Below are positions 25,400 to 37,059 of a DNA stretch of 47,964 bases, piece by piece. The notes beneath the pieces are model-generated. The model searched no databases. It was not told the origin of the DNA and worked only from the letters and a program-made list of their open reading frames with translations. This DNA comes from Octopus bimaculoides. Taxonomy: Eukaryota. The stretch covers positions 46,949,011-46,996,974 of the forward strand of contig NC_069000.1 in assembly GCF_001194135.2 (NCBI RefSeq). The letters run 5' to 3'. Position 1 is the stretch's first letter. Each line of letters opens with the position of its first letter. Position numbers and translations under genes: made by a program.

Positions 25400-26260
25400 A
25401 GTCTTATCTGGCTGCCATGGCCTCTAAGGACGTTTAAAACCTGCAGTTCCTGACCTGCAGCTTCTGTTGCAGATCTCACCCAAATCATTTCTTCCTTTTC
25501 TATTTGTATGCGATAAATTAATGTGTTTTCTGAAACCTGACTTTAAACGACAGACTTGATTACGCGTCGAACACTTGAAAACACTTGTCTGCGTCGCATG
25601 TAACTTCATATCGTTAACCAATCCTGAGTTTGATAGCGATATAGGACAGTTGAGGAAGGATGTTAATTATTTGTTTGCTCCTTGTTCCAATGAGAAATTT
25701 GTGTCGTCTGTCCTGCGAACTGTATTGTTGCAACAAGCCCTATCAGCCTCCAATTTTTTTTTCTCTACCATCATTATTCTGCTTTTCTCCATTCCGCAAG
25801 ACTTAGTGAGAGTCCTTCTTAATTCTTGGTTCCAATAAGGAATCTCAGAAGCAAGTGTGAGCATCGGTTTCGTTTTAGACAGACTTAAGCGAGTCTTATT
25901 ACTGACCAGCGCCTGAAAATCTTTCCATTATCTCCTGCAGGTGACTTTCTGAATCAGGCCACAATTGTCCCCATAAAATGGATCCCTCACTATTACAGCA
26001 CATGTTTTAGAGTTTGCTTTGAAGCACTGTAAGTCAAAAATATTTACAAATTTCACTATGACGAAGACAAACACTAGTATCACAGTCCCGGAGGGCAATT
26101 ATGATGATCAGACAAAACAGATTGAAAACAGAATTGGAGCAAGGATATCTCCTTGCTTCACTCCATCTTCAACAGCAATTGGAGATTATAGAGAATATTC
26201 ACTGATGCTTTTATACCATCAGTGAACAGCCAACCTTTCCGAACACAACTCCGGGTACCA
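25400..26260 (-). mobile_element. RTE-clade LINE reverse-transcriptase fragment (decayed)
   Basis: Minus strand: IAVEDGVKQGDILAPILFS; IFDLQCFKANSKTCAVIVRDPFYGDNCGL (degenerate YADD); LQEIMERFS...LSLSKTKPM. The FNLRRFKAxTK-like segment is typical of RTE. Confidence 0.8.
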
Positions 26261-26295
26261 CCCTGTTAACTGTGTCAAAAGTATTCGTAATATCA

Positions 26296-26506
26296 GTTTC
26301 AAATTTTAGCACATGGCCAGCAACTTCGGGGAGAGGTAAGTTGGTTACATTGACCCCAGAGTTCAACTGGTACTTGCTTTATCGACCTCGAAGAGATGAA
26401 AAGCAAAGTCGACCTCAGCATAATTTGAACTCCGAACGTAAATCCGGACGAAATACCACTAAACATTTTATCCGGCGTGTCAATGATTCTGCCATTCCGC
26501 CGCGTT
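26296..26506 (-). mobile_element. SINE family B with a 17-bp target-site duplication
   Basis: Reverse complement of the 19041 copy. AAGTATTCGTAATATCA occurs at 26279-26295 and 26507-26523. Confidence 0.9.
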
Positions 26507-27016
26507 AAGTATTCGTAATATCAATAAACACTTGATAGAAACCAACACATTATTCAATGTTTCGTCTGTAATTGCCGTACAGTTTGTTTTTTTTAAAACA
26601 TGCCCCCCTTGCCCCCTTTCCTGCTTTAAACCCATGTTGGCTCCTAGTAAGACAGCTGGACACTCTTCATCTTGTTGTTCTTGCGTGTATGTGGGTGTGT
26701 GTATTTTACAGAAATTCAGAACAGGACAGGGAGAGACCAGAAGCCATGCTACGCGTTTGTTCGTCTACGTGTCATTGTGTAGGCGTGTGCCTGTGTGTGT
26801 ATGTGTGTGCGTGTGTGTGTGTGTGTGTGTGCGCGCGCGCGCGCGTGTACAGAAATGCAGGGTAGGATATGCTCATAAGATTTCCTTGAGCAACAAATAT
26901 AAAAGAAGGCGACAACTTGAAAACATTGCGGCCATTGTGCTATACTCATGCATATATACACAAATTATATCTAAAAGAACATATATAGACACATACATAT
27001 ACAAATGCATACATAC

Positions 27017-27076
<60 letters not shown>

Positions 27077-27389
27077 CTAGATAAATATATATGTATATAT
27101 GTGTGTAGACATTATATAAGTATATATATATATATATATATGCATTCAAAAAATGCACATACATACATACAAACATATATACATACACACACACGTACAA
27201 ACATACATACATGCATACATTACTACCCTTATTTCAAAACGTAGGCAGCTGATAAACGTCCTTATCACACCGCCTGTCCATAACTTTAAAACTGTAGTAC
27301 ATGCACACATAGACACATACATAAAAACATCCATACACGCACACACACTGTCTATCTCTATCTTTCTCTCTCATACACACACCCACAGT

Positions 27390-27439
<50 letters not shown>

Positions 27440-28754
27440 TACATACATACAGGGAGGCAGGCAGCTATATGTAATAGAAAGGCTGAATCTGTTTATCTCT
27501 GGATCAACCAATCTAACGTCAGTTACTGCCTCGCATCACGTCATCAATTCTCTCTCCTCGCATCCACCACAGAGATAAGATTCTGCAGGATGCTGTTGTT
27601 GTTGTTGTTTTGGCCCAGTTCACTCTCTTGAACCAGTGGATATGTGAACAAAGATGCTCCAGCTGGGACCATTCTATCTTTTATTCTGCCATGGTGTACC
27701 TTGGGCTACATCATCTAATATGTCCTTCCTTTTTTCTGGTGGTTTAACCAGAATAGTCCTGTTCCACGGGACCGTCCTGCGGTTAAACTTTTGATCAAAG
27801 CCGTTCAAACCGTGATCAACTCGTCTTTTATTCAAGCATCCAGCAACACGTTATCCAACCTATCCTTCCTTCTACAACACCGTATAACGTAATCTTTGCA
27901 CGACTCGGCTCTTATTTTTAGTAACCTATAGCAACCGTACAGACACCATTGTTGACTCGATCTCTGTCGATTTCATTACTTCCTGTGGAGTCAAAGTTCA
28001 AATGCTCTCAATTTAAATTACAAAAACGAATCTAAAGACATTTTTTATAATTCCTCCCCTGGCGACGTAAATATGACAATAATTGCCCGAACCACTCTTT
28101 TACTTTATAATTCACATCTCGATTGACAGTTTATTAACATGGCGTTTTCGAGTTTGCTTTTTAATTTCTCTTTTTGCTAATATCCCATCTATTATTTATT
28201 TTATTTTCCCACCATCGTCACTCCAGCTTCCACTCTGCTATTTTTTATTGATTATTCTTCAGTTTCGATTTGGCTTTTGTTCTTCTTTTTCGTTTTGACT
28301 TCTTTTTTTTTTTTTCGCTTAAAGAAGGAAACACATTTTCTTATCTTATTTTAATCTCTCCGTCTGCTGGCTTCCTTTTCGTTATAGAATTTGGTAATCC
28401 AGTACCGACGGCATTAAAACAAACAGATAATTGTCCGAATTTACTTCCCACACTCCCTTCAGTTTTTTTACCAATTTATTAATGATCGCTAATGAGTTGG
28501 AGTTCTGAAAACGTTTCTGCTACTAAGTCCATTATTCTTATAGTTAATGACAGAGTTCCACTCGATCTAGCCCAACCCCACCCCCCACCGCTATGATCGA
28601 TCATAAATGAGTTATTACTGTAGAGTCGCCAATATCAAATTCTCTTGTTTCCTTCCTAACATTTATTCTCCTTCAACTGCAAGTTTAATTATGAATGTAT
28701 TAAATGGTTTGCTTCAGCACAACTTTAATACCACCGCAGTTACTCTTTTAAGTA

Positions 28755-29320
28755 TTGACTACATGAAACCACACTGTGGAAGAGCAGCAAGTTAATGTCA
28801 CCCAAATGCTACATGTTTTGACATTAACGCGTTCTCATATTCACTGCTACATGTCTTAAAATTAATGCTCCTCTGCATTTTATGCTTTGTCACACCATTA
28901 ATACTTCCTTCTGTTTATTGCAACATGACTTAATGCTTTCACATATTTAGTGCTACATGTTCAAAAATTAATGCGTCCTTTTATTTAGTGCTACATGTCT
29001 CAACATTAGTACCTTCCTATATTAACCGCTAAATGTCTTAGAATTAACACTCTTCTGTATTTACTGCTACATGTCTTAACATGAATGCTTCCTTCTATTT
29101 GCTACATGTTTTAACATTAACATTTCCTTATATATACTGCTACATGGATCACCATGTCTTAAAATCCTCACCTCTCTGTATTTTCTGCTACATGGGTTAA
29201 AGTTTTCTTGTACTTACTGCTACATGTCTTAACATTTTCTATTTTCTGCTACATGTCTCAGTGTTAATATAACCCTGCATTTATTAATGTATCTCTGCAT
29301 TTATTACTACATGTCTCCCA
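28755..29320. repeat. Degenerate minisatellite, modal unit 38 bp, about 14 units
   Basis: Consensus about TGCTACATGTCTTAACATTAATGCTYCYCTGTATTTAC. Units of 29-48 bp, seven of them 38 bp. Confidence 0.9.
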
Positions 29321-29570
29321 GCCAGTTAACATTTCCAAACACCTTCCTTCATGAGAAAATGTCAAAAACAGAAACAAGTTCCTATATTTACCATTCTAAC
29401 GATTTCCCATTCTTAAGTCTGTGATTCCAACCAATAAAAACAAAACCAGTTAAAAATATTCGCAAATTAACAGGAAGTTTTATAAACATTCTGTAATTAG
29501 TTAATTAGAAAGTTAATTACCTATTTGATATTTACATGGTGATAGTGAATATTGATTAATTTTCATCACG

Positions 29571-30408
29571 TTGTTGTTGTTGTTTGATGAAAACTCACAG
29601 CTTGTTTTGCTGGGAATAATGGAAAGTGTCAGCTGTCCACAGCCAACAGACTAAGGTGACACTTGTTTACTGGTCATGCTTCAAGGATCCTGCGGAGAAT
29701 TCCTGCTGTTCCAAGCAACACTGACTTTTGTAGGTGTTCTACATTCACACTTGCAGCACCAATCTTCTTCAGCCATGTTAGTAGTTGAGTTCTGATACTT
29801 CCAAGTGCACCAATTACTATTGGTATCACGTCTACTCTCCTCATTGACCACAACCTTCATATTTTCCACTTTAAGTCATCATAGTTGTTTATCTTTTCTT
29901 CTTTCACATTGATCCTGTTATCACCGGAGCATGCTATGTTCTTTCTTTTTTATTCACAACAACAATGTCCGGCTTCCGACGTCTGGTCAGGTGATCGCAC
30001 TGAATTATTGCATCCCACAGGATTTTGCAATTCTCATTTTCGGTGACTCCTTCTGGGGTTTTCTCATACCGCATCTTTACTCTTTGTAGGCCGTGATTCC
30101 CACAGAGCTCCCAATGGATCATTCTTGCCACATTGTCATGTCGTTTTTTGTATTGCGCCAATTTCGCGCATTCTCTAACGATGTACCATACCATTTCACC
30201 CCTCTCACTGCATATTCTGCATTTGTCGTTGTTTGTAGTGCTGTCGATTCTGCACTTCACATAGTTAGTCATTAACGCTTGTTCTTGAGCTGCGCATATA
30301 AGTGCTTCTGTCTCGATTTTCAGGTCACTCATCCATAGCCACCGATCTTCTTTTTTCTGTCTTGGCGTTTGTATCTCTTGCAAACTCACCGTACATTCTT
30401 TTCGCAAC
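29571..30408 (-). mobile_element. R4/Dong-type non-LTR retrotransposon 3' end (CCHC zinc knuckle plus REL endonuclease), 5'-truncated
   Basis: Minus-strand ORF: LKIETEALICAAQEQALMTNYVKCRID...CRICSERGEMVWYIVRECAKLAQYKKRHDNVARMIHWELC...KILWDAIIQCDHLTRRRKPDIVVVNKKER. Followed by a 3' UTR ending in a (CAA)n tail. Confidence 0.88.
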
Positions 30409-30775
30409 CGACGCGCTAGCGGCGAGGAAGGCCCTCAATCATTTCTTCGAAGCGAGACATGAAGGCTACATCGTCAGAACTAAGGCTTGTGTGCTGAAAC
30501 ATGGAGGAACTAAGGCCGTTCTTTTGCCCGAACGATAGAGACATGACTTAGCAACAAAACCACGATCAGGTCTTTGAACAACCGCAAAAGACGCATGCTC
30601 CCGGTTCCAAGATGTGTGAAGCTTTCCAGCAGCAATTCGAGCGACTGTTTGGAGAGGGCAATGGGTCGGCGACAGTAGTGGACTTTAGGTCGTACCTGGA
30701 CGACCTGTTGCCGCTCTCGACTGTGCACACGAGGTTCTGCGAAAAGCCAATAACGCCCGCCGAAAATACGGCATT
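30409..30775 (+). mobile_element. Tx1/L1-clade LINE ORF2 fragment (EN-RT linker)
   Basis: DALAARKALNHFFEARHEGYIVRTKACVLKHGGTKAV...MCEAFQQQFERLFG...DFRSYLDDLLPLS...CEKPITPAE resembles the Tx1 linker (GxxVRxRA...Y/FxxLF...CExPITxxE). Confidence 0.65.
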
Positions 30776-31643
30776 TCTCTCTTTGGTATTTCCCATTGAG
30801 GAAGATTAAAGAGCCAGAAACGCGCATCTGAGAAGCCAATAGTGGGCAGCACTGGACAGATAGAGTGTGCTTACAGCTTTTACCGTAAGATAGATGTGGT
30901 TGCGAAGCGATCTCTCTAACCACGCAGTCATATCTACACTAATAACCGTGAAGTCATAACAACAAACTTTACTTAAAATAATAAACACTATAAACAATAA
31001 CGTTTTTTTTTTTACTGATATTTACCTTAAATCCTCCGTATTTATTTACACGTTTTTGTTGACGTAAGCGGTATAATATTTTTTTCACACGTTTCCTCGA
31101 AAACTTGTTGATAACTAAAGTTAAATGGTTTTATTTTTCTGTAAAAGATCACAGCTGTTTACCAAAACAGAATATTTTAATTCTTCGCGTCTATTTCAGA
31201 CAATCTTTGACTCCAGGGAATTCTTTCGACATCGTTTTACGTCTGTTTTCCCATCTTTCTCAAATCATCTTCTTCGTTGTTGCATATTTGTCTCTTCTCG
31301 CTTTCTTGTTTGTCTTTTGATTAAATCATTAACGACTTAATTAATTTCATCAACACTCATAATTACGGTTATTGTATCAGGTGTGGAGTTGGGGATATTT
31401 TGGCGGAAGAGAGCGGGGTGGTGGTGGTGGTGGGGCGAACGATCTGTCTCTGTGTTTTTCAGCCATTCTATTTTTACGTATCAATCAAGAACACCAACTA
31501 CTCCATGCCAAAGGCTTCTTTACTAATTAAGAAATCATTCATAAAATTATTACAACAATCATAACATCAACAACAATAACAACAACAAATACAATGACTG
31601 CTGCTAATAATAGTTATTATCATTTATTTAATTTAATAATAAT

Positions 31644-31851
31644 GGTTTCAAATTTTGGCACAAGGCCAGCAGTTTCGAGGAAGGTGTTAAGTTGGTTACA
31701 TTGACCCCCAGTTCTTAACTGGTACTTGATTTATCGACCCCGAAAAGGATGAAAGGCGGAATTTGAACTCAGAACGTAGCGACGGGCGAAATACCGCTAA
31801 GCGTTTTGCCTGACACGCAAAGGATTCTGCCAGCTCACCGTCTTCGATAAC

Positions 31852-31908
<57 letters not shown>

Positions 31909-31975
31909 CTTAGCATAAAACCAGCAATTTTGAGGGGAGGGTCAAATCGATTACATCAACCTCAGTGCTCAATTA
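31644..31975 (-). mobile_element. SINE family B (31644-31843) plus a second partial 3' end (about 31908-31975) separated by (AAT)n
   Basis: GGTTTCAAATTTTGGCACAAGGCCAGC...CTGGTACTTGATTTATCGACCCC...TTTGAACTCAGAACG...TTCTGCCAGCTCACC. Confidence 0.85.
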
Positions 31976-32767
31976 CCCCCTATTAATATTCCTATAATTT
32001 ATAAATCCTTACTCTGCAACCGAATAAATTTTACTAATAATGGTAGCCCCAAAGCAACCTCACAAACTCCAAAAACANNNNNNNNNNNNNNNNNNNNNNN
32101 NNNNNNNNNNNNNNNNNNNNNNNNNNNNNNNNNNNNNNNNNNNNNNNNNNNNNNNNNNNNNNNNNNNNNNNNNNNNNNNNNNNNNNNNNNNNNNNNNNNN
32201 NNNNNNNNNNNNNNNNNNNNNNNNNNNNNNNNNNNNNNNNNNNNNNNNNNNNNNNNNNNNNNNNNNNNNNNNNNNNNNNNNNNNNNNNNNNNNNNNNNNN
32301 NNNNNNNNNNNNNNNNNNNNNNNNNNNNNNNNNNNNNNNNNNNNNNNNNNNNNNNNNNNNNNNNNNNNNNNNNNNNNNNNNNNNNNNNNNNNNNNNNNNN
32401 NNNNNNNNNNNNNNNNNNNNNNNNNNNNNNNNNNNNNNNNNNNNNNNNNNNNNNNNNNNNNNNNNNNNNNNNNNNNNNNNNNNNNNNNNNNNNNNNNNNN
32501 NNNNNNNNNNNNNNNNNNNNNNNNNNNNNNNNNNNNNNNNNNNNNNNNNNNNNNNNNNNNNNNNNNNNNNNNNNNNNNNNNNNNNNNNNNNNNNNNNNNN
32601 NNNNNNNNNNNNNNNNNNNNNNNNNNNNNNNNNNNNNNNNNNNNNNNNNNNNNNNNNNNNNNNNNNNNNNNNNNNNNNNNNNNNNNNNNNNNNNNNNNNN
32701 NNNNNNNNNNNNNNNNNNNNNNNNNNNNNNNNNNNNNNNTGTGTGTGTGTGTGTGTGTGTGTGTATG

Positions 32768-32801
<34 letters not shown>

Positions 32802-33208
32802 CTAGTGTGTGTGTGTGTGTATGTTGGCATTTGTTGGACTGTTTGACAGGAGCTGCCCGGGCTCAATTTGTCGCATCCTATGGCTGGACGCCCTTCCTAA
32901 CGCCAACCACTTTTCAGAACGTGCTGGGTGCCTTTTACGTGCCACCAGCACGGGCGCGTTTCACGAGGCACATCTAAAAGAGAATCCTGTTTGTGGGGAT
33001 GGCCACGATTTTACTCGGCTTGATGTGTCTTGAGCATTGGTGATTTTAAGTCGGTGTATAATAGAGACATTCTTGTCACGATCATCCCATCGACTCTCCA
33101 CCTATACTATTTAGTGTCCTTCCCCTTTTAAGGCGTTGGAAGATATTTTGCTCTTATTTCCAGTATGGCTATTGACCACGCAACAACTGGGGGTTTTTTT
33201 GCTCGTTA

Positions 33209-33268
<60 letters not shown>

Positions 33269-34589
33269 CGGTGGTGATCATGGTGGTGGTGGTGGTTGTG
33301 GTGGTTGATATTGTAATTGTTGTAGTTATCGTGTTTGGCATTGTTGTTACTGTTCCCGTTGCTATTTTTTATGCAATTTTTAATGTTGCTATTCTTGTTG
33401 ATAACGTGGTTGGCACTGTTGTTGTTGTTGCTGCTGCTGCTGCTGCTGCTATTGTTGTTGCTGTTGCTATCTTCACATATAGAAACCCCTGCCTAACATA
33501 AAAACCTTCAGCGATTCTTTCCTGTCTGTGAGTTCTGATCAAGCCGGGAGGATGGGAGGGGTGGGGGCGTTATATATCGAACTAGTAAATATATCGATCT
33601 CTGCTGGTCATGTGACTAAGTGGTTCTCGTTAATGTCGCCATTTGTCCACATTAACCAACATTCAACAAAGTCCCGCTTCTTTTATTCTTCTTTTTCTCT
33701 TTTCTTGATCTATTTTTATTTATATTTCATTCATATTTTTGTTTTGTTTTGTTAGGTTTTTGTCCTCCACAACTGGATGAAAAAGAAATACATTTTTTCC
33801 TGTTGGTCTTTTGAAAGGAATTCTGTTTATCAGATATCGATTCCCAGTGAAAGGTTCCGACACCCACCACCACCACCACCATCATCTTCATTAGGGGGAG
33901 CACCACCACCAACACTACCATCATCATCATCATCATCATCATCATCATTAGTGTTGCGTAATCCTATAAATTGCTGATTCCCTTCGCCCCATCCCCGCAC
34001 GCAACCCCTACCCACACTCCTTTCCCAATACTTTATCCCCTCCATCTTGTTGTTGTTGTTGCTGTTGCTGCTGCTGCTGCTGTTTAGCCCAAGGTCAAAT
34101 CTGATCGAACAGACCTATGGCCAGAGCTTTCCAGACCGTGACCATCCAGTCTCTTTAACACAATACATGAGTATATTATCTAATATCGCCATTGTCTTGG
34201 AAATTTGGAAAATGGAAACTACGAAAGCCCATAGGGATGAATTTTACTGTTGTTGTATGATAGACTTAATGCATCTCATCGTTTAACATTCACCACTTGG
34301 TCTTTAAGTATTTTGGCAGAATTCATTTTGTAGTAAGCATTGGCGCCAACTCTCTGGTTTGAGGTTAACTAAATCCCCCCACCCCTCCTGTCTTAGAGTC
34401 CGCTTTGAAAATGGCTGCAATCACTGCTCTTCATCTTTTGACATTTTTATTGCTAGGTCAGGACCTGCAAAAATGGTGGAAGCAAGAGAGGGAGCGGTAC
34501 CGTAAACCTGAAGACTTAGTCTGAATGCTCGCAACAGAGTGAGCACAGCTAAAAATACCCGAGGTACCCAGGTACTCAAAGTATTCGAG

Positions 34590-34880
34590 GTACCAAGTGC
34601 TGGTTTTAAACCGGACGACTGACTAAGTCTGTCACCCAAGTAAGCTATGGCGGGATTTGAACTCAGAACGCCACGATCCGAGACAAACAGAACTCTAGCA
34701 ACTCTGCTTGGCCACCGCCTGTATTTTATTTATCGATCCGATCACAGAAGGCTGAAAGGCAAAATTGACCTTGACAGGATTTGAACGCGGAACGAGAACG
34801 AAAACTAAGCGAGGCTAACAAAGTATTTCATCTGACGCTGCAACAAATTAGCCTCATTGAAAAAGTAGGGTAAGCTGGGT
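34590..34880 (-). mobile_element. Two diverged SINE family B fragments
   Basis: GGGATTTGAACTCAGAACG...TCTGCTTGGCCACCGCC and TTTATCGATCC...GAAAGGCAAAATTGACCTTGACAGGATTTGAAC. Confidence 0.6.
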
Positions 34881-35496
34881 GGCACAATGGCACAGACTTC
34901 TAATATCCTTAATTCCAGTAGTTGGTTCTGCTGCCAAAATCCCAATCCGATCCAAAGATGGAGAAAAAAGGAAATTTTAGTTTCTCTTTTAGTCTCCATA
35001 TTATTACAATATGGATTCTGTCAACATCAGACTGGTTCACGTTTGGACAGATTTGGTGTGTGTATATCGCATGAAGGATTTCAGATTAATAGGGGAGGTG
35101 AGCGTGGGTAAACGGGTGGGGTGAGTGTGTGCGTGTGGGGGTTTGGGTTTTGGATGGGTGGCTGCTTGGGTGAAGGAGAGTGTTTGTCTCTGTGTGTGAA
35201 TGTGTGTGGAGAGGCTGTTAATATTCTTTCTACTTTCTTTACGAAATTCTCTTCAGAAGAGAATTAAAACAACAAAAAGCTGTCAGTGTAATCTTTCTTC
35301 TAAACCTAAACCACCAACAACTTGTTGTTAAGTAGCTTAGACAGGATTAATTCTCTGGCCGTCGCGGATTTGTCTAACATTGCACTGGTGTGTATATAAC
35401 ATTGTAGTGATGTGTAATACTGCACTAATGTGTGTATAAGATTGCATTGGTGGTAACGTATGTGTGCATGTGTGTGTTTGTGTGTGTATACTTGTT

Positions 35497-35528
<32 letters not shown>

Positions 35529-36630
35529 TGTATTATCTATCTATCTGTTTATGTATTAGGAGTGTCTCCCTTGAAATCTCTAAACTATCTGCTAATGAAA
35601 AAATATCTAAACAAAACGAGAAATACTATAACTTCGCCTTGGCTGAAGCTGGTTGTTAGGGAAAAAAACAACTTTGTATTCCTAATGGTGTGATTAAAGA
35701 CACATACAAGAATATAGAGAAGGAACGGACTTGATGAGTAACGATAGCGATCACCATGACAATAGCGATAAAAGACTAAGGTATTCTTTAACAAGGGGAG
35801 AAATGGGATAAGCCTTATTAAAAATAGAAAGGGTGAAAGAAATAAGATAAGTGTGAAAGAACTATGATTGATGGAAAGACTGATATGAACGGCGAGAATA
35901 GCAGTTTGAACCTGGAGGGTGAAATCAATGTTAATAAAACCTTTATAATATCTAAGCAACCTATGAATTTTAATAGGGATAGTAATAATGATATTATTGA
36001 TAATAGTAATAGTAACGATGGTAGCAATGATGTGGATAGTAATAGAGATGATAATGATAGTTCTTATAAAGGAATTTTAAATATCGTAATGGAAATAAAA
36101 ATGATATGACTCCACTCAAGAGTGCAAATATGGTTCCCGTAGTATATTTACTAATAACTATATTCATGGGAATATATTAAGAAATAGTAACTATAATAAT
36201 AATCCTAGAAAACGGATGGCCCGCTGGAGAGAGATTACAGGGTATAACGCCACATAAGGAGCACAAATAGCCACTAATATACCAGGAATGTTTATCATAG
36301 TTACAAAACGAAATACTATTGCCTTACCAACAGTTAAATACATATATTTATATTTATAACATCTGGGTAATAACCTTATAACATGTTTCCTGAATCTGTT
36401 CTACGGATACTTTCAAAGACACTCACCTGATGATGTTCTGGTATACAACTATTGCTGAATCATATTAATATAATACTATGTATAGTATGTGAAACACTTA
36501 GCAATTAACAGCTGATGATAATGCACGGAAACAATTGTAGTGATTTGGGTTAAAGCTTATTCATTCTATCGTTTTGTATTATATATTTTTTATTCATATT
36601 TTTCTATGTATTACGTCTTTTCTTGTGAAG

Positions 36631-36773
36631 GTTATCAACAAACAAAGGCTACTATACATCACACCTCTATATAAACAATATCTCACAGTCAGACGCTGGT
36701 AGATTCACTTGCCGTGCCACTGGTCATCGTAAGAAGATTCTCGAGGAAGAGCACTTTTATCTGAATGTATACC
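36631..36773 (+). CDS. NCAM/Fas2-like exon: C-terminal half of Ig domain 1
   Basis: Acceptor tcttttcttgtgaag|G (phase 2; an in-frame TGA at 36626 bounds it) and donor C|GTGAGT (phase 1). Encodes (x)LSTNKGYYTSHLYINNISQSDAGRFTCRATGHRKKILEEEHFYLNVY, with the Ig E/F-strand motif LxIxNxxxxDxGxFxC. It joins the next exon in frame as ...LNVY-Q-SIIY, similar to NCAM NVKIF-Q-KLMF. Not in the ORF track. Confidence 0.9.
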
Positions 36774-37059
36774 GTGAGTATAGACACTGTCTATTTCTTT
36801 TTTGTGGTTCAATTCACTTTTAAATGTTTGAAATCTTAATGCAGAGAAATCATTGTTTTCTGTCCAGGGAGACATAAAATACCTGTTAGCATTTACAGGG
36901 TGTTCAGGCAAAATTTGGCAGTTTGCATAAAACGAAATCGCTTTGACCATAACAGCAGTATTTGTCTGCAGCAGTGGCTCAGTCTACTCAGCTGTAAGTC
37001 GGTAGTATGGACAATGTCTATGCTGCCCAGTGACAATCGACAATGGAGCCTTTATGCAG

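Noticed and set aside
28755-29320. CRISPR-like array
   Set aside because: The variable parts are homologous to each other rather than unique spacers, there are no cas genes, and the context is eukaryotic.
32850-32960. GGACGCCCTTCCTAACGCCAACC segment recalled as an octopus dispersed repeat
   Set aside because: One copy only in the window, so it cannot be supported without a search.
34457-34496. Phase 1-2 mini-exon GQDLQKWWKQERE
   Set aside because: The donor GTACCG is poor, it is too short and it lacks an Ig C-strand pattern.
34958-35074. Alternative signal-peptide-like ORF MEKKGNFSFSFSLHIITIWILS...
   Set aside because: No credible phase-1 donor before the stop.
35864-36109. 81-aa Asn/Asp-rich ORF
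   Set aside because: Low-complexity (GAT/AAT) sequence with no splice or domain support.
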